A stretch of 64,000 bases of DNA from Cyanophora paradoxa CCMP329. Taxonomy: Eukaryota; Plantae; Glaucophyta. A program made the translations under genes and the position numbers. Below, in pieces: positions 1 to 11,900 of this stretch (positions are counted from its first letter, which is position 1; the number at the start of each line of letters is the position of its first letter). Below the pieces are notes generated by a model, which was given only the letters and a program-made list of their open reading frames with translations, was not told the origin of the DNA and made no database searches. Location: the NCBI GenBank assembly GCA_004431415.1, contig QPMI01000054.1, positions 186,001 through 250,000 on the forward strand. Reading direction: 5' to 3'.

Positions 1-1284
1 TGCACCTGAGCTCTCCATTGCTGTGGGCCGGACGGTGACTGTGGTGTGAAGGATCTCGAGCAGTAAGTCGAGACGGGGCCCGTCGAAGATCGCGAAGGTC
101 TCGTTGAAGGACGTAGGAATGGAGGTGCATAAATTCATCAGGTTGCTCTGCCCGTTGATCGAAATCAGCTCGGGACCAAACGCGATCTAAGAATTTGATC
201 TTACGATGATTCTGGCCGTCAGGGGGAAACGAGGGTTGCGTGGACGCCAGGCGGCCTGAAGCGTGTCCAGCAGCGCTTTCGACGTGCGGGCACGGTCCCC
301 GCTGAGGATCATCTCCCAGAACTCACGCGCACGGCCTTCGACGAGCAGAAGCACATTGACAACCTGTGCGCCGCAGTTATATAATCATAGTCGAATCATA
401 CGACCGCGGACCAACTTCAATTCGGGGTATGGCTCGGACCAGGCTGGCCTGTGCCACGAGAATGTCCGCATGCAATTTCGAGTCCTCTATGCATATGTCG
501 TCATGATCAGCGGCGCCGGACCTGCGAGAAGGTCCACGATAGTGAGATACGGGATCTGACCAGGCCGGCCTGCACATGTGCTGCGAGAAGCTTAAGGTCC
601 GTTAACGTTTGCACATTCGATCGCGTGATCTAGATCTATGTCGTCGCGATCGGCGGCGCCGGACCTGGCGGCGATTTCTTCGCCCAAGCGCACGAGAGGG
701 TGATCCCTGCAAACCAGCCGCAGACACTCCTCAAAGCCACCGGCCCGCGCGAACTGCATGCGTGAAGGATTACGTAAGTACTTGCAATTGCGCATGCGGG
801 CATGCGACTGCAGATGCATACGTCTGCGGCGCCGCCCGGATATCGATCCGCTCTAGATCGATATCTAGATCTAGATCTACGAACCTCAATCATCTCCCGC
901 GAGCCCGGTTTCTTACTATAGTCGACGTCAATGTGGATGAGCACGCTCTGAACAGCGCAGACGAGGTCGAGAAATGACCCCGGCGCGCCCGCGGCCGGTA
1001 GTACATCCGCGCCGGCCGCAGCTGCACATGTACATGCAGCGCCAGCCATGGCGGCCGCTCGCTGCAGCACGTACACCAGGTCGCGCGGCTTGAGTTCGAC
1101 GTTCTGGTTCGCGAAAGCATTCTGAGCGAGCGCTCGGGGCGTCAGAGCCTAATCGGATTGCGAGGCAGCGAAGCAGCGTAGCGTCGCACACATGGCTCGC
1201 CTGAGGCGGCGGATTTGCTCGAAGGAATGACAGGATGGCGTCCACTGTGCGCCCCTGGCCACGACCGATGAAAGACTCCGCCAT
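1..1284 (-). CDS. Copy 1 (5' part only, runs off the window) of a triplicated multi-exon gene with an uncharacterised helical N-terminal domain; possibly degenerate
   Basis: It starts MAESFIGRGQGRTVDAILSFLRANPPPQ. Its exons NAFANQNVELKPRDLVYVLQRAAAMAG and QFARAGGFEECLRLV are near-identical to those at 7000-8746 and 24400-26386. It carries an internal ~120-bp duplication (GACCAGGC.GGCCTG at ~437 and ~558; CGGCGCCGGACCTG at ~510 and ~654). Confidence 0.6.
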
Positions 1285-1480
1285 CTTCGTTGCGCGCGTC
1301 GCTGAACTTCAATTTCACCGCTGTGTCCACACCGGATAAGCCAGGATGTGCCGATTAGGCATCCGCACTGGATACGTGCCACTGGTGCCAGCCTCTGCCA
1401 GGCCCATTAGGGGTACAGGCACAGAGCGGGCGTCACCGCGTAACAGGCGCATACCTCGAGCGGAGCCTCAACCAGGCCCA

Positions 1481-2200
1481 GGTGAGGCACAGCTCAAGTT
1501 CGAGCGCGCACGCGAACCGCGACCCGCTTACCTCGCCGTCCCTTCCCTCCGCCATCGATATCCCCGCGCCCTCTACTCGCGCATAAGCTCACGTATACGT
1601 ACGATCGCAGGAGGCCGCTGGTCGGCCCCGGGGAATGAGATCGCCCTTGTCCTCGACCTGTCAAACGTGAGCCCGCGGCGCCGCGACTCCGCCGTGCAGC
1701 GCAGCTTCTTTGAAATGACTCGATTCGGCCCAGATTGCGTACACGCTCATCCAACAGGCCGCCGAGGCAGCCGCGCAGCTGGGCGGTCGCGGCGATGTCG
1801 ACGGACCCGCCGCTGCGGCGGAGGCCGGCGGGCGGAGTCTTTACTTCCTCGTCAACATCTCCGGCAGTGCGCCTCCACGCAATGATCAGACCGCAGCGCG
1901 CGGCCGCGGCAGCGCCGCGGCGATCAGCTGACACGTGCGGCTGCGCCGCAGGCGAGTACGACCTGCTGGACGCGCACGTGGAGCGCTACTTCCGCCGCCT
2001 GCGCGCCGCCGGCCTCCGCGCCCACTGCTTCCTCGACCCCGCCAAGGCTCGCGCGCGCCCCCCGCCGCCTGCCGCGCCCCACGGCGCCCTCAGAGACGCT
2101 AGAGCGCGCCGGGCGCAGGCTGATGGTCCCTCGCGCAGGGTCAGACTGAACATAGTGGCTGATGGATGACCGACTCGGCGCAATGGCCCTCCAGAAGTGA
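1481..2200 (+). pseudogene. Decayed 5' fragment of the FAM120/Asteroid PIN-like gene (partial duplicate of ~8994-9760)
   Basis: Exons GNEIALVLDLSN and GEYDLLDAHVERYFRRLRAAGLRAHCFLDPAK match the intact copy. The MGVRGL exon is missing, there is a 2-nt insertion near 1625, a deletion removes DDEERKLATW, and QKW becomes QK* (TGA 2198-2200). Confidence 0.75.
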
Positions 2201-2219
2201 GGCGCTGAGAGGGGCGCAG

Positions 2220-4765
2220 TGCTGGGGACGGACCCCGGGGCGCTGCGGGCGGCCATCTGCACCTCTCTCGAGGACGACGCCGAGCTCCTCCTCGCCTTCT
2301 CCGACCTCGCCTTCCTCCGCCGCTGCCTGGTACCCCCCTTTCAAATCGCCGTACCCCCCGGCGCTCGAGCCGAGGCCGGGCCCCGGCCGCAGGCGGTGCA
2401 GGCGCTCTTCGTGTTCCGCGCCCTCGCGGCGGCCCGCGGGCTCGCCTTCCGCGGCCGCCGCTTCCTCGAGGCCGAGGCCCGTACCCCCCTCACCTCTCCC
2501 CCCTCCCAGCTCACCCCCCCTCCTCCCCGCAGGCCGAGAGGAAGCGCAAGGCCGAGTTCGAGGCCGCCCTGAAGGCGCGTACCCCTCCTCCGTCCCGGGC
2601 ACAACCCCCTCCGCCTGACGCGGTACCCACGCAGAAAGAGGAGGCGGAGTACGCCGAAGCGAAGCAGGCGGCGGAGGCGGCGGGCCTCCCCGCGCCCCCT
2701 CTACCCCCCTGCATAGCCCAGGTGCGGCCGTACCCCCGGGCCCGCCTCCAGCCCGTGACGCGGCGGCCCGCGCCAGGTCGCCGAGGAGAAGGGGGCTTTG
2801 GAGAAGATCCTCGCGGAGGGGGGAGAGCCGCCCCCGCCCCCCCCGCCCAGGGTCCTGACCCTGCCCCCCCTCTTCCACCCCCCCCCTGATCGTGTACCCC
2901 GCAGGTCGACCCCGACGAGCTTGAGCCGTTTCGAGTCGCCGTCGTCGGCGGGGGGGATACCGCGCGCCACCTCCTCGACATCGCCCTCCGATCCGGTACC
3001 CCCTCCCTGCCTCTCTGTACCCCTCTCGCCCGGGGTACACATTTGCGTCCTCCGGCAGGGTACCTCGCGTCCGAGCAGATCCAGGTCGCGGCCCGCCGGC
3101 CCGAGACCCTCATCAAGGCGGGCGGTACCCCCCTCTCCGGCCCGGTCGCCCCTTAACCCCCCCTTCTGGCAGTACGCGAAGATGAACGTTCTCGTGACCG
3201 ACGACCTGGCGCGAGCCGTCGCCGGCACCCAGGCGAGCTCCCTCCCCCGCCCTCCCCATCCCTTCCCTCCCATCTGAACCCGGCCTGGCTGGCAGTGCGT
3301 GGTGCTGGCGTGCGGGCCGCGGCACCTGCCGGCGGCGGCGGCGGTGCTGGGCGCGCTGCTGCGGCCGGGCCTGCCGCTGCTCTCGGCGGTGGCGGGGGTG
3401 CCCACCTCCAAGCTCCGCGCCACCTTCGCCGGCCACCAGCGCGCACCCCGCGCCATCAAGCTCCAGTTCGTGCGCCCCGTACCCCCCAAACACACTCCTG
3501 TCTCTTCCCGTTCTTCGTTTCGTCCCCGCCGACGGGGGCGGGTACAGAGGCACGACCAGCCCCGGGAGCTCATCGTACCGGAGGCCTGCCGCGCCTACCG
3601 GCCCCCCGAGGTGCGAAGAGGGCCGTTCCCCCGCGCCATTCAGCCCCACGGCTCGTCTCACCTCCCGCGTCAGTTTCCCCTGCCCCCCGACGAGATGACC
3701 GGGTACATCAACACCGCCAGCGTCGACCTGTGTCCGCGCCCCTAAACCTTCCGCCCTTTCCCCTTGCTATGCTGTCTTGAACCGTACCCCCGCCCCAACA
3801 GCGGTCGACTTTGCGTCCGTGTACGACATCGTCCTCGCCGTCCAGGTCTGAACCCGTACCCCCCTCGGAACCTGCCCCCCGCTCAATCCCCCCAGGAGTT
3901 CGTCGCGGCCCTGTGCCCCGGCCTCTCCCCCGCGAACGCCCGCCGGCGCGCGCCCCCTCCCTACCCCGCGCCCCGTACCCCCGGGGCTGAGATCGGGTAC
4001 CCCCAGGTGCGCGTTCGCGGCGGGGCTCGGGGTCGAGTTCGACGAGCCGCTCTTCGAGCGCGAGCTCTCCGACGACGAGCTCTACTTCAAGGCCCGCGTA
4101 CCCCCCGCCCGCCCCCGCACCCCCGTACCCCCTGACCCCTCGCCTGACTTCATTTCGTTTTTCTTGCAGCTGGTCTCCGGGGCGCAGGAGACCGTTCGCG
4201 CGCCCACGGTGCCCGTTCCCGACGCCATCCTCGCGAAGGCGCGCGTACCCCCTCCCCTCCGCTTGCCGTACCCCTGACCGCCCCCGCCCCCGCAGGAGGC
4301 GGCGCCCGACGAGGAGGAGGAGGAGGACGCGGACGCCCGCCCCAGGCGCGCGCTCGCCCCTCCCCCCGCCCCTTGCGCGCCTCTGAGCGGGGCGGGGCGG
4401 CAGGGAGCCGAGCGGGGCGGACCTGGCGGCGGTCTCGGCCTTCCGCGCGTACTTCGCCCGCCTGCTGCTCCCGAAGCCGCCGCCGCCGCCCACGCCCCCG
4501 GCCCCCGCCTCGGCGGAGGAGGCGGGGACGCCGCCGGCGTCGGCGCGGTCGGGGGGTCGGGGCGGGGCGGCGGCGGCCGCCGGTCTCCTCGCGGCGCTAC
4601 TCGAGCGCGGCGGGGGCGGGGCGGGGCGGGGGCGGGGCGGGGAGCCGGCCCTCGACGGCGGCCTCGGGGCCCGGGCGGCCCGGCACGGCGCGCCCCGCCA
4701 CCGCCCTCTCCGCCGCCTCGGGGCGCCCCGCCGTCACCCCGCGCCACGCCCACACCGCCCGCTAG
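2220..4765 (+). CDS. NADP-binding Rossmann protein, NOXRED1 / pyrroline-5-carboxylate-reductase-like (multi-exon; native 5' end not found, 3' end approximate)
   Basis: Spliced peptide FRVAVVGGGDTARHLLDIALRSGYLASEQIQVAARRPETL...VLVTDDLARAVAGTQCVVLACGPRHLPAAAAVL...LLSAVAGVPTSKLRATF follows the F420_oxidored/P5CR N-terminal pattern. Confidence 0.6.
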
Positions 4766-5042
4766 CGCAGCCCCCGGCCGGCGTGTCCCTCGGAAGACGG
4801 AGGCGACCTTGGCACGCGCATGAGGGCCGAGCCGACTGTTTTAGAAGCACCTGAATGAATAAGTCTGGGGGCAGGGGAGACGCAGACGGGTATCGATATC
4901 TAACACATCTCAATAAAAAGGCAGGAATTCGAAGCACTGATCATGAGTACAACTGATCATGAGAGACGCGCTGCGGGGGAGGCGGCGGGGGATTGTGGAA
5001 GCGGAAGTGGAAGCAGAGAGACGAATTATGTGAGGAAAGTAG

Positions 5043-8000
5043 TCAAGCGGGGCGGGAAGGCCCGGCCCCGCGGTTGAAAGGGTCGTAGGGACGCGTGGGG
5101 CGGATGGAAGGGCCGCCGGGAGGCAGGTAAGGGCGCGTGGGGCGGGGAGCCAGGGCCGAGGCCGCGGGCGTGAGGGCGACTGCACGAGCAGCAGCAGGCC
5201 CCGCGCTTCCGTTGGAGCTCGAGGGCCCTGGATCCGAGGGGGCCGCGGAGGCCGCGGCCGCGGCCGTGGCTGCGAAGGCCGCGGCCGCGAGGGAAGGCGG
5301 GGAGGGTGCGCGGACGGCCGGAGCCACGGCAGGGCCCGCGGGCGCCAGCGGGACGGAGCTCAAGGCGGTGGAAGGGCCGGCCGCAGGATGGATTACCGCA
5401 GGTAACGCACCAGCGGGGCCGGCAGCCGCGATGGGGTCGCGGCATGTCGGGCAAGTAGCCGATGCCCCCGCCTTCGCTCGCCACGTGTCAATGCAAAGCG
5501 CACAGAAGCAGTCCTGGTCTGCAGAGGCGTCAGCGCGCAGCGCTCGGAAGGCCGTCGGCGAGGCGAAATCGATCGCGATCGACACACGGCCGCAGGAGAA
5601 GAGAACGGTGGAGGAGCTGGCGCCGGCGGCAGCTGCAGCGCCCAGGGACTCGTAGCAGATGGCACACTCGCCCTCCTCCCACGCGGAGCCGACACCAACG
5701 CCGGGCGCGGGTGCAGGCGGCGCGGCGCGGCCGCTGCTCCCGATGTCGATGGCCGCAGTCTTCGCTTCGCCGGCGTGGGAGAACCTGCTCAAGCGAGTGA
5801 TGGGTTGCGCGCGGGCTCGAGGAATCGGAGATCAGTGCGCCGCACCGGCAACGAGCGCCGAACGCGCAGGAGCCCCGCGCGAAGTGCCTGCAGGGTGGCT
5901 GCCTGGAAGGGCCGGCAGCTGCGTCGGCCGCGACGGCGGGGCCGGGGGCAGCGCTAGCGCTGGTCGTGGGTCCTGGAACATGGGCCCCCTCGCGCTGCGA
6001 ATGCTCGGGCTGCTGTGGCCCCGCTGCACGCTGCCGCCGCTCCGCCGCTTCTGGTGCTCCACCCGCCTGCTTCTCTTGCTCGCCGCCCTCGTGTTCTTCA
6101 CGCACGTCTTCTGTCGCGCTCCCTCCTGCCCCCCGCCGTAAGCGCATGGAGGCCTCCACCTTCTGTCGCTCCCGCTGAACTCTGCCAATTTCTGAGCGCG
6201 GGTGAGAGCACCGAGAAACACGACAGCGCACCTCGCAAGCAGATCGCGATCCGTCCCGGCGTCCGAGCTCGAGGCGGCGAGCTCGCACTCCCAGGCCTCC
6301 GCCTCCCGCGCGGCGCCCTCCAAGTCGCCCGCCCCCGCCACGCACTCTGCGCTGGGCTTGAGATGGCTAGAGGCGAAACATGGCAAGAGGGCACACGGAT
6401 GCGGAGCAGGCGCGCCTCCGCGTCTCCAGGCGACCGCTGGACGGTACGGGCGTCAGAGTCGGCACAGATATTTGGGACGTGGACCAGCGATTGCGACAGC
6501 CCTGCCGGACCTTGAGCACCGCGTTGAGCAGCTGGCGGGCTCGGGACCACTTCAATCGCTGCATGTGCCTGCCCGCCGCCTCCTGCTCGGGTGTTAGGGC
6601 AGAGAACTTAGAAGCGGCTGCGCCGGTCACGAGCACCCGGCCGGGACGCACCCGGTCCGTGGCGTCGCGCTCAGTGCTCTCGGCATGCGCACGCTCGGCG
6701 CACTCGGCCTCCCGCCGCGCCCGCTCGCGCTCCGCCTCCGCTCGCTTTGCCTCCTCTCGGACCCGCTTCCGCTCCTCCACCTTGGCCGAGATCTTGCAAT
6801 TGATATTATTTAATGTCGTCTGCGCAAAAGCATTTTAATATGGAAATGCAAACGACGGAGGCGACTCGCACCCGCACTTCGAGAGGATCACCCGAAATTG
6901 GCTCGACGAAAGAAGGCTTGAAGGCCTGGGTGGCGGGGGGGTAAGCCGACGCAAGCAGCCGTTCCGCCGCCTGTGCGGCATTCCTCAGGCCCTTTGCGGC
7001 CGGCAGCTCCGGCACCCGGGCCGTCACCCTGTGCCCGGGTCCATCAGGCCAGGAAATGAGGTGTGCGGCACCAACGCACGCGGAAATGCACTCAGCGAGC
7101 GCAACGATGCTCTTGGCGAGGACTCCAAAGCCGGCCTCGCCAGCTTCCAGGGCCCCCACCAGAACTCCAAAGAGCGCTGATTCCGAGTCGGATCAGATAT
7201 GAGAGGGAGGGAGGGAGGGGAAGGGGAGGGGAAAGAGGGCGAGTGGAGGCAGAAGATGGGCGGGGGTACCGTAGATATCGTCGGATATGAGGGGTACAAG
7301 GCGCCGGAGGCGATTCACGAATCCGGGGTGCTGCAGCGCGTCTGGTTGCAAATGGCGGAAAGATATGTCAACAAGAGAGATCGAGCAGAATGGCGATCGA
7401 GATCTATAGCAAGGCGGATCTCACCGGGGTGCTGGCCCGTAAGGATCTTGCCGACCAGGGCGGCACAGTAGATCGCAACATAGGCTGAGCAGGGAATCTC
7501 GTCAGGGACCAGTGCGTACTCTGCTCGCGCGAGGGAGGGCAGCCCCCGGCTAAGGGATCAGGGCGAACTTCGGTTGATTCGGGAGCAAGCGATGCGCGCG
7601 CCCCTTGGGCCATCGCCAGCAACCGACTCGAAGGCTGTGGGTCGGACGGTGACTGCGGTATGAAGGATGTCGAGCAAAACGGCGAGGCGGGGTCCCTTGA
7701 AGATAGCCAAAGTCTCGTCGGGGGACGTCGGCAAGGAGGCGCATAAGTTCACCAGGTCACCCTGCCCGTTCATTGAAGTCAGCTTGAGCCCAATCCCGAT
7801 CTAAAGATTTGGTCGATATCTCACGATGATTTTGGCCGTGACGGGGAAATGCGGGTCTCGATGGCGCCATACGGCCTGGAGCACGTCCAGCACCGCGTTC
7901 GACGTGCGGGCGCGGTCCCTGGTGAAGATCTTCTCCCAGAATTCATGGCCATTGACATGCAAAAGAGCGTTGATAATCTGTTCACCGCAATTAGATCAAG

Positions 8001-8746
8001 AGTCGATTCACACGGCCGTAGCCGCGCGCGGGTCTACTTCGATCCGGGATCGGTCCGGACCAGGCCGCCCTGCATGGCGAGAAGGTCCGCGGCTGCTCGC
8101 ACGTCTAGAACTACGTCGTCTTCCTCCTGATCAAAGCGCATGCATATGAGCGGGTGATCCCTGTGGACCAGTCGCAGACACTCCTCAAAGCCGCCGGCCC
8201 GCCCGAACTGCAGGTCTACGTTAGCGATGCGCCTGCAGCTGCAGATGCATATGATCGATATCATGACTGCCGCCCGCTCGAGATCGATCGCGCTATCTAG
8301 ACCTAGATCTACGGCCGCGACCCGCGGACCTCGGCAAGCTCCCGTGTGGCAGGCTTCAACATCGTGTCGATGTGGAGGAGCACGTTCTGCACGACGCCCG
8401 AAAGGTGCAGAAACGACCCCGGCGCGCCCTCCCGTACATTCGCAGCGCCGGCGTCAGCCATTGCGGCCGCTCGCCGCAGCACGTACACCAGGTCGCGCGG
8501 CTTGAGTTCGACGTTCTGGTTCGCGAATGCATTCTGAGCGAGCGCTCGGAACTGTCAAAACGCAGTGGATGGATTGCGGCGGCGGCCGCGTGGCAGAGCG
8601 CAGAAGCCTGCTAGTAGCTGCGAATCGAAGCAGCGCGCAGCGTCGCACACCTGGCTCGCCCCTGGCGGCGGATTCGCCCGAAGGAATGACAGGATGGCGG
8701 AGTGCACGAACGGCATCACAGTGCGCTCATTGAATTCGATCGCCAT
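5043..8746 (-). CDS. Multi-exon protein: unknown helical N-domain + coiled coil + CCCH zinc finger + RING-HC finger (putative RNA-binding E3 ligase); complete copy 2 of the triplicated family
   Basis: ATG at 8746 (MAIEFNERTVMPFVHSAILSFLRANPPPG). Coiled coil EERKRVREEAKRAEAERERARRE (~6650-6790). CCCH PCRHFARGSCAFGARC|RFSH (~5775-5895). RING ECAIC...SCG|HQDCFCALCIDTW...CPTCR (~5435-5670). Tail PTRPYDPFNRG, stop at 5043. Confidence 0.75.
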
Positions 8747-8753
8747 CGTACTT

Positions 8754-8846
8754 GCCTGCACTGGCCTACGCTGCCCGGCGGCCCTGCACTGGGCCTGCAC
8801 TGGCCCTGCACTGCCTGCACTGGCCCTGCACTGGGCCTGCAGCTGG
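8754..8846. repeat. Short tandem repeat (~7 x CCTGCACTG[G]) in a 175-bp divergent intergenic region; candidate bidirectional promoter element
   Basis: The CCTGCACT units are directly visible between the ATG at 8746 (-) and the ATG at 8922 (+). Confidence 0.7.
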
Positions 8847-8921
8847 CGGGGGGTACGCGCGCGAACGCACGCACCGAAACCTCGCCCGAAATTCCCAGGC
8901 GCTGCCAAAGCGTCGATCGAG

Positions 8922-11900
8922 ATGGGGGTGCGCGGCCTCACCGCGTACCTCGAAAGGAGCGAGGGCACCGCGCAGGACGTGAACCTCACCGAGGTGAGGA
9001 ACAGCTCGAGCGCGCACGCGAACCGCGGGCCGCTTGCCCCACCATCCCCGCACCCTCTCCCGCCGGCCCGTGCAAATGTATTCGCGCGTGGGCCCACGTA
9101 CGATCGCAGGTGGCTGCAGGTCGCCCGGGGAATGAGATCGCACTCGTCCTCGACCTGTCAAACGTGAGCCGGCGGCGCCGCAACCCCGCCCTGCAGCGCA
9201 GCTTCTTTACAATGACTCGATTCGAAACAGATCGCGTACACGCTCATCCAACAGGCCGCCGAAGAAGCTGCGCAGCTGGGCGGCCGCGGCGATGTCGACG
9301 GACCCGCCGCGGCGGCCGGCGGTCGGAGTCTTTACTTCCTCGTCAACATCTCCGGCGGTGCGCCTTCGCGCGTCGACCGGACGGCAGCGCGCGGCGGCGT
9401 CGGCGTCGCAAGCGCGGCGGCGCCAAGCGGTCGCGCGCTACAGCTGACGCGCGCGGCGCCTCCTCAGGCGAGTACGACCTGCTGGACGCGCACGTGGAGC
9501 GCTACTTTGGCCGCCTGCGCGCCGCCGGCGTCCGCGCCCACTGCTTCCTCGACCCCGCCAAGGCCCGCGCCGCCCGCCGCCCGCCGCGCCGCGCGGCGCC
9601 CGTAGAAACGCCAGAGCGCGCCGGGCGCCGCGCCGAGCGCATGCCGACGGATCCTCGCGCGCGCGCGCAGGGGTCGGACGACGACGAGGAGCGCAAGTTG
9701 GCGACGTGGACGGAGCGGCTGATGGAGGACCGGCTCGGCGCGATGGCCCTCCAGAAGTGGTGCTCCACCGGCCGCGGCGCCGTCGCCGTCGGCGGGGCCA
9801 GCGGCGCTACCGGCGGGGGCCCGGGCCCCGGCGCCAGCGCCCTCCGCGTCCCCGTCCCGCCCCTCGCCTTCCGCCAGATCATCCGCACGCTCCAGCGCCT
9901 GCAGGCGAGCCCCCCGGCCCACCGGTCTTATCGTCTTCGGCCCGCCGCTGACCCGCCGCCCGCAGGTTCCTGTCTCCATCTGCACCGGGTGCGCGGGCCC
10001 CCTCTCCTCCGCCTCGCGCCTGCGGGCGACTCTCGCCCAGGGAGGCGGACCAGCAGCTGCTGCACGAGATGCGCCGCCGCGGCGCCTTCGCGATCGTCTC
10101 AGACGACTCCGACTTCGCTGTCATGAGCGGTGCTTTGTTAACAGAGCTCTCAATGCGTCGCGACGCCTCTCGGTGATCTCTCCCCCACCTCAGGGTCCCG
10201 CTGGATCCCGACGCGGACGCTGCGGGTGCCGACGGCGGAGGAGCTCGCGGCGGGCGGCCCCGGCGCCTGCGCCCGCGCCCGCCTCCTGACCCCCGACCGC
10301 GTCGCCGCCGCCCTCGGCGTGCCCCTCCCCGCCTACCCGAGCTCGCCGCGGTGCGCCGTACCCCCTCCCCCCCTCCGCCCCTCCCTCCCTCCTCCCCCTT
10401 CCCCCCTTCCGCCCCGGCCCCTCTCCTCTAACTCCTTGCCCCCCCTCCCTCCCCCGCTCCCCCCTCCCCCTTCCCCGCTCCGCCCCCTCCCCTCTCCGTC
10501 TTTCTCCCCCTTCCCTACCTCCCCCCCCCCCCCCCCCGCCACCTCACCTCCCCTGGGCCCTCCCTCCCTTCCCCCTTCTCCCCCCTCTTCCTCCTCCCCT
10601 CCTCCCTCTCCCCCCCTCCCATCCCCTCCCCTCCCCCCCCTTCCCTACCCCCCCCCCCGCCCCCTCACCTCCCCTGGCCCCTCCATCCCCCCCCCCCTTT
10701 TACTCCCCTCTTTCCCCTCCTCGACCCCTCCCCGACCCCTCCCCCTCCCCCACCTTCCCTTCCCGACCTTTTCCCTCCCCACTTCCCCCCGCTCCGCCCC
10801 CGCCCTCTACCCCCTCCACCCCACCCACCGAATCCCGCCCGAGCCCTTCGACCCCGGTGCAGCTGCTCGGGAACGACGTGACGAAGGCCGCCGTCGCCGC
10901 GCGCGACGTCCTCCGCGCTCTCGGCGTCCCCGCCGCCTGGGGCCGCCCCAAGGCGGGCCGCCCCTCCCCCAGCCCGGCACCCGCCCCCAGCTGAGGGAGC
11001 CCAGGTCGAGGACGTGGCGGCGTGGATCCGCGGGCTCCCCGGCCGCTCCGCCCTCTCCTCCCCGGCCCTCCGCGGTGCGGCTGACCGATTCGATTTCCAG
11101 CGCCTTTCGATCCCGATCGCGCCTCGCGTCTCACTCGCGCGCCCTCGGCCCTCGCAGACCTCCTCGCGCGGCACGCCGACCTGCGCGAGGCGTGGGAGCG
11201 CTCCGCCGCCTTCTACATGTGCGAGGCGCCGCCGCCGCCCACCGCCGACGCCCGCCTCGCGGTAAGCTCTCTCCCTCATTATCTTGCTCGTCGCTCTCCG
11301 CTCACGCCGCCCTCAGTTCCTGGAAGGCGGCGTGGCAGAGGGGATCCTCCCCGGCCACGCCATCGCCGTCGCCCGCTTCGGTGCGCTCCGAGCTCGCCCC
11401 CGCCGCCGCCGGCGCCGCCCGCTCTGCCCCTGACGCGCCCCCGTGGCCAGGGCGGCACTGGAGCTCGGCGCGGGCGGAGTGCGTGCAGTGCAGCCGCTCG
11501 CCCTCCTCGGACGAGCTCGTGGCGCCGCTGCGGGCGGCCGGCTACGCGCTCCTCGGGCGCGACGAGGTCGAGGAGCGCGTCGTCGAGGCCGGTGCCTGGT
11601 CGCTGACGCGCCGCGTCGTGCGGGCCTTCCTCCCGCACGCCGCCCGGCACGTCCCGGACACCTGGGCCGCCCGCGCCGCCCCTCCCGAGGCGCGCCGCCG
11701 CGCCCTCGCCGCCATCCTTCACACCCACATCCCTTCCGCCCCGCCGGACCCGCCGGCGGGTCCGCTGGGCCCCGCCGCCCTCCTCCTCCGCTACCTGCTC
11801 TCGCTGGTGCCGGCGAGCGGGCTGGACATGACCGTCCGCGAGTGGCGCGCCATCCTCCTCACCGTCGCCGCCTGCGCGCGCGCCTCGAGCTCGTCGCCGC

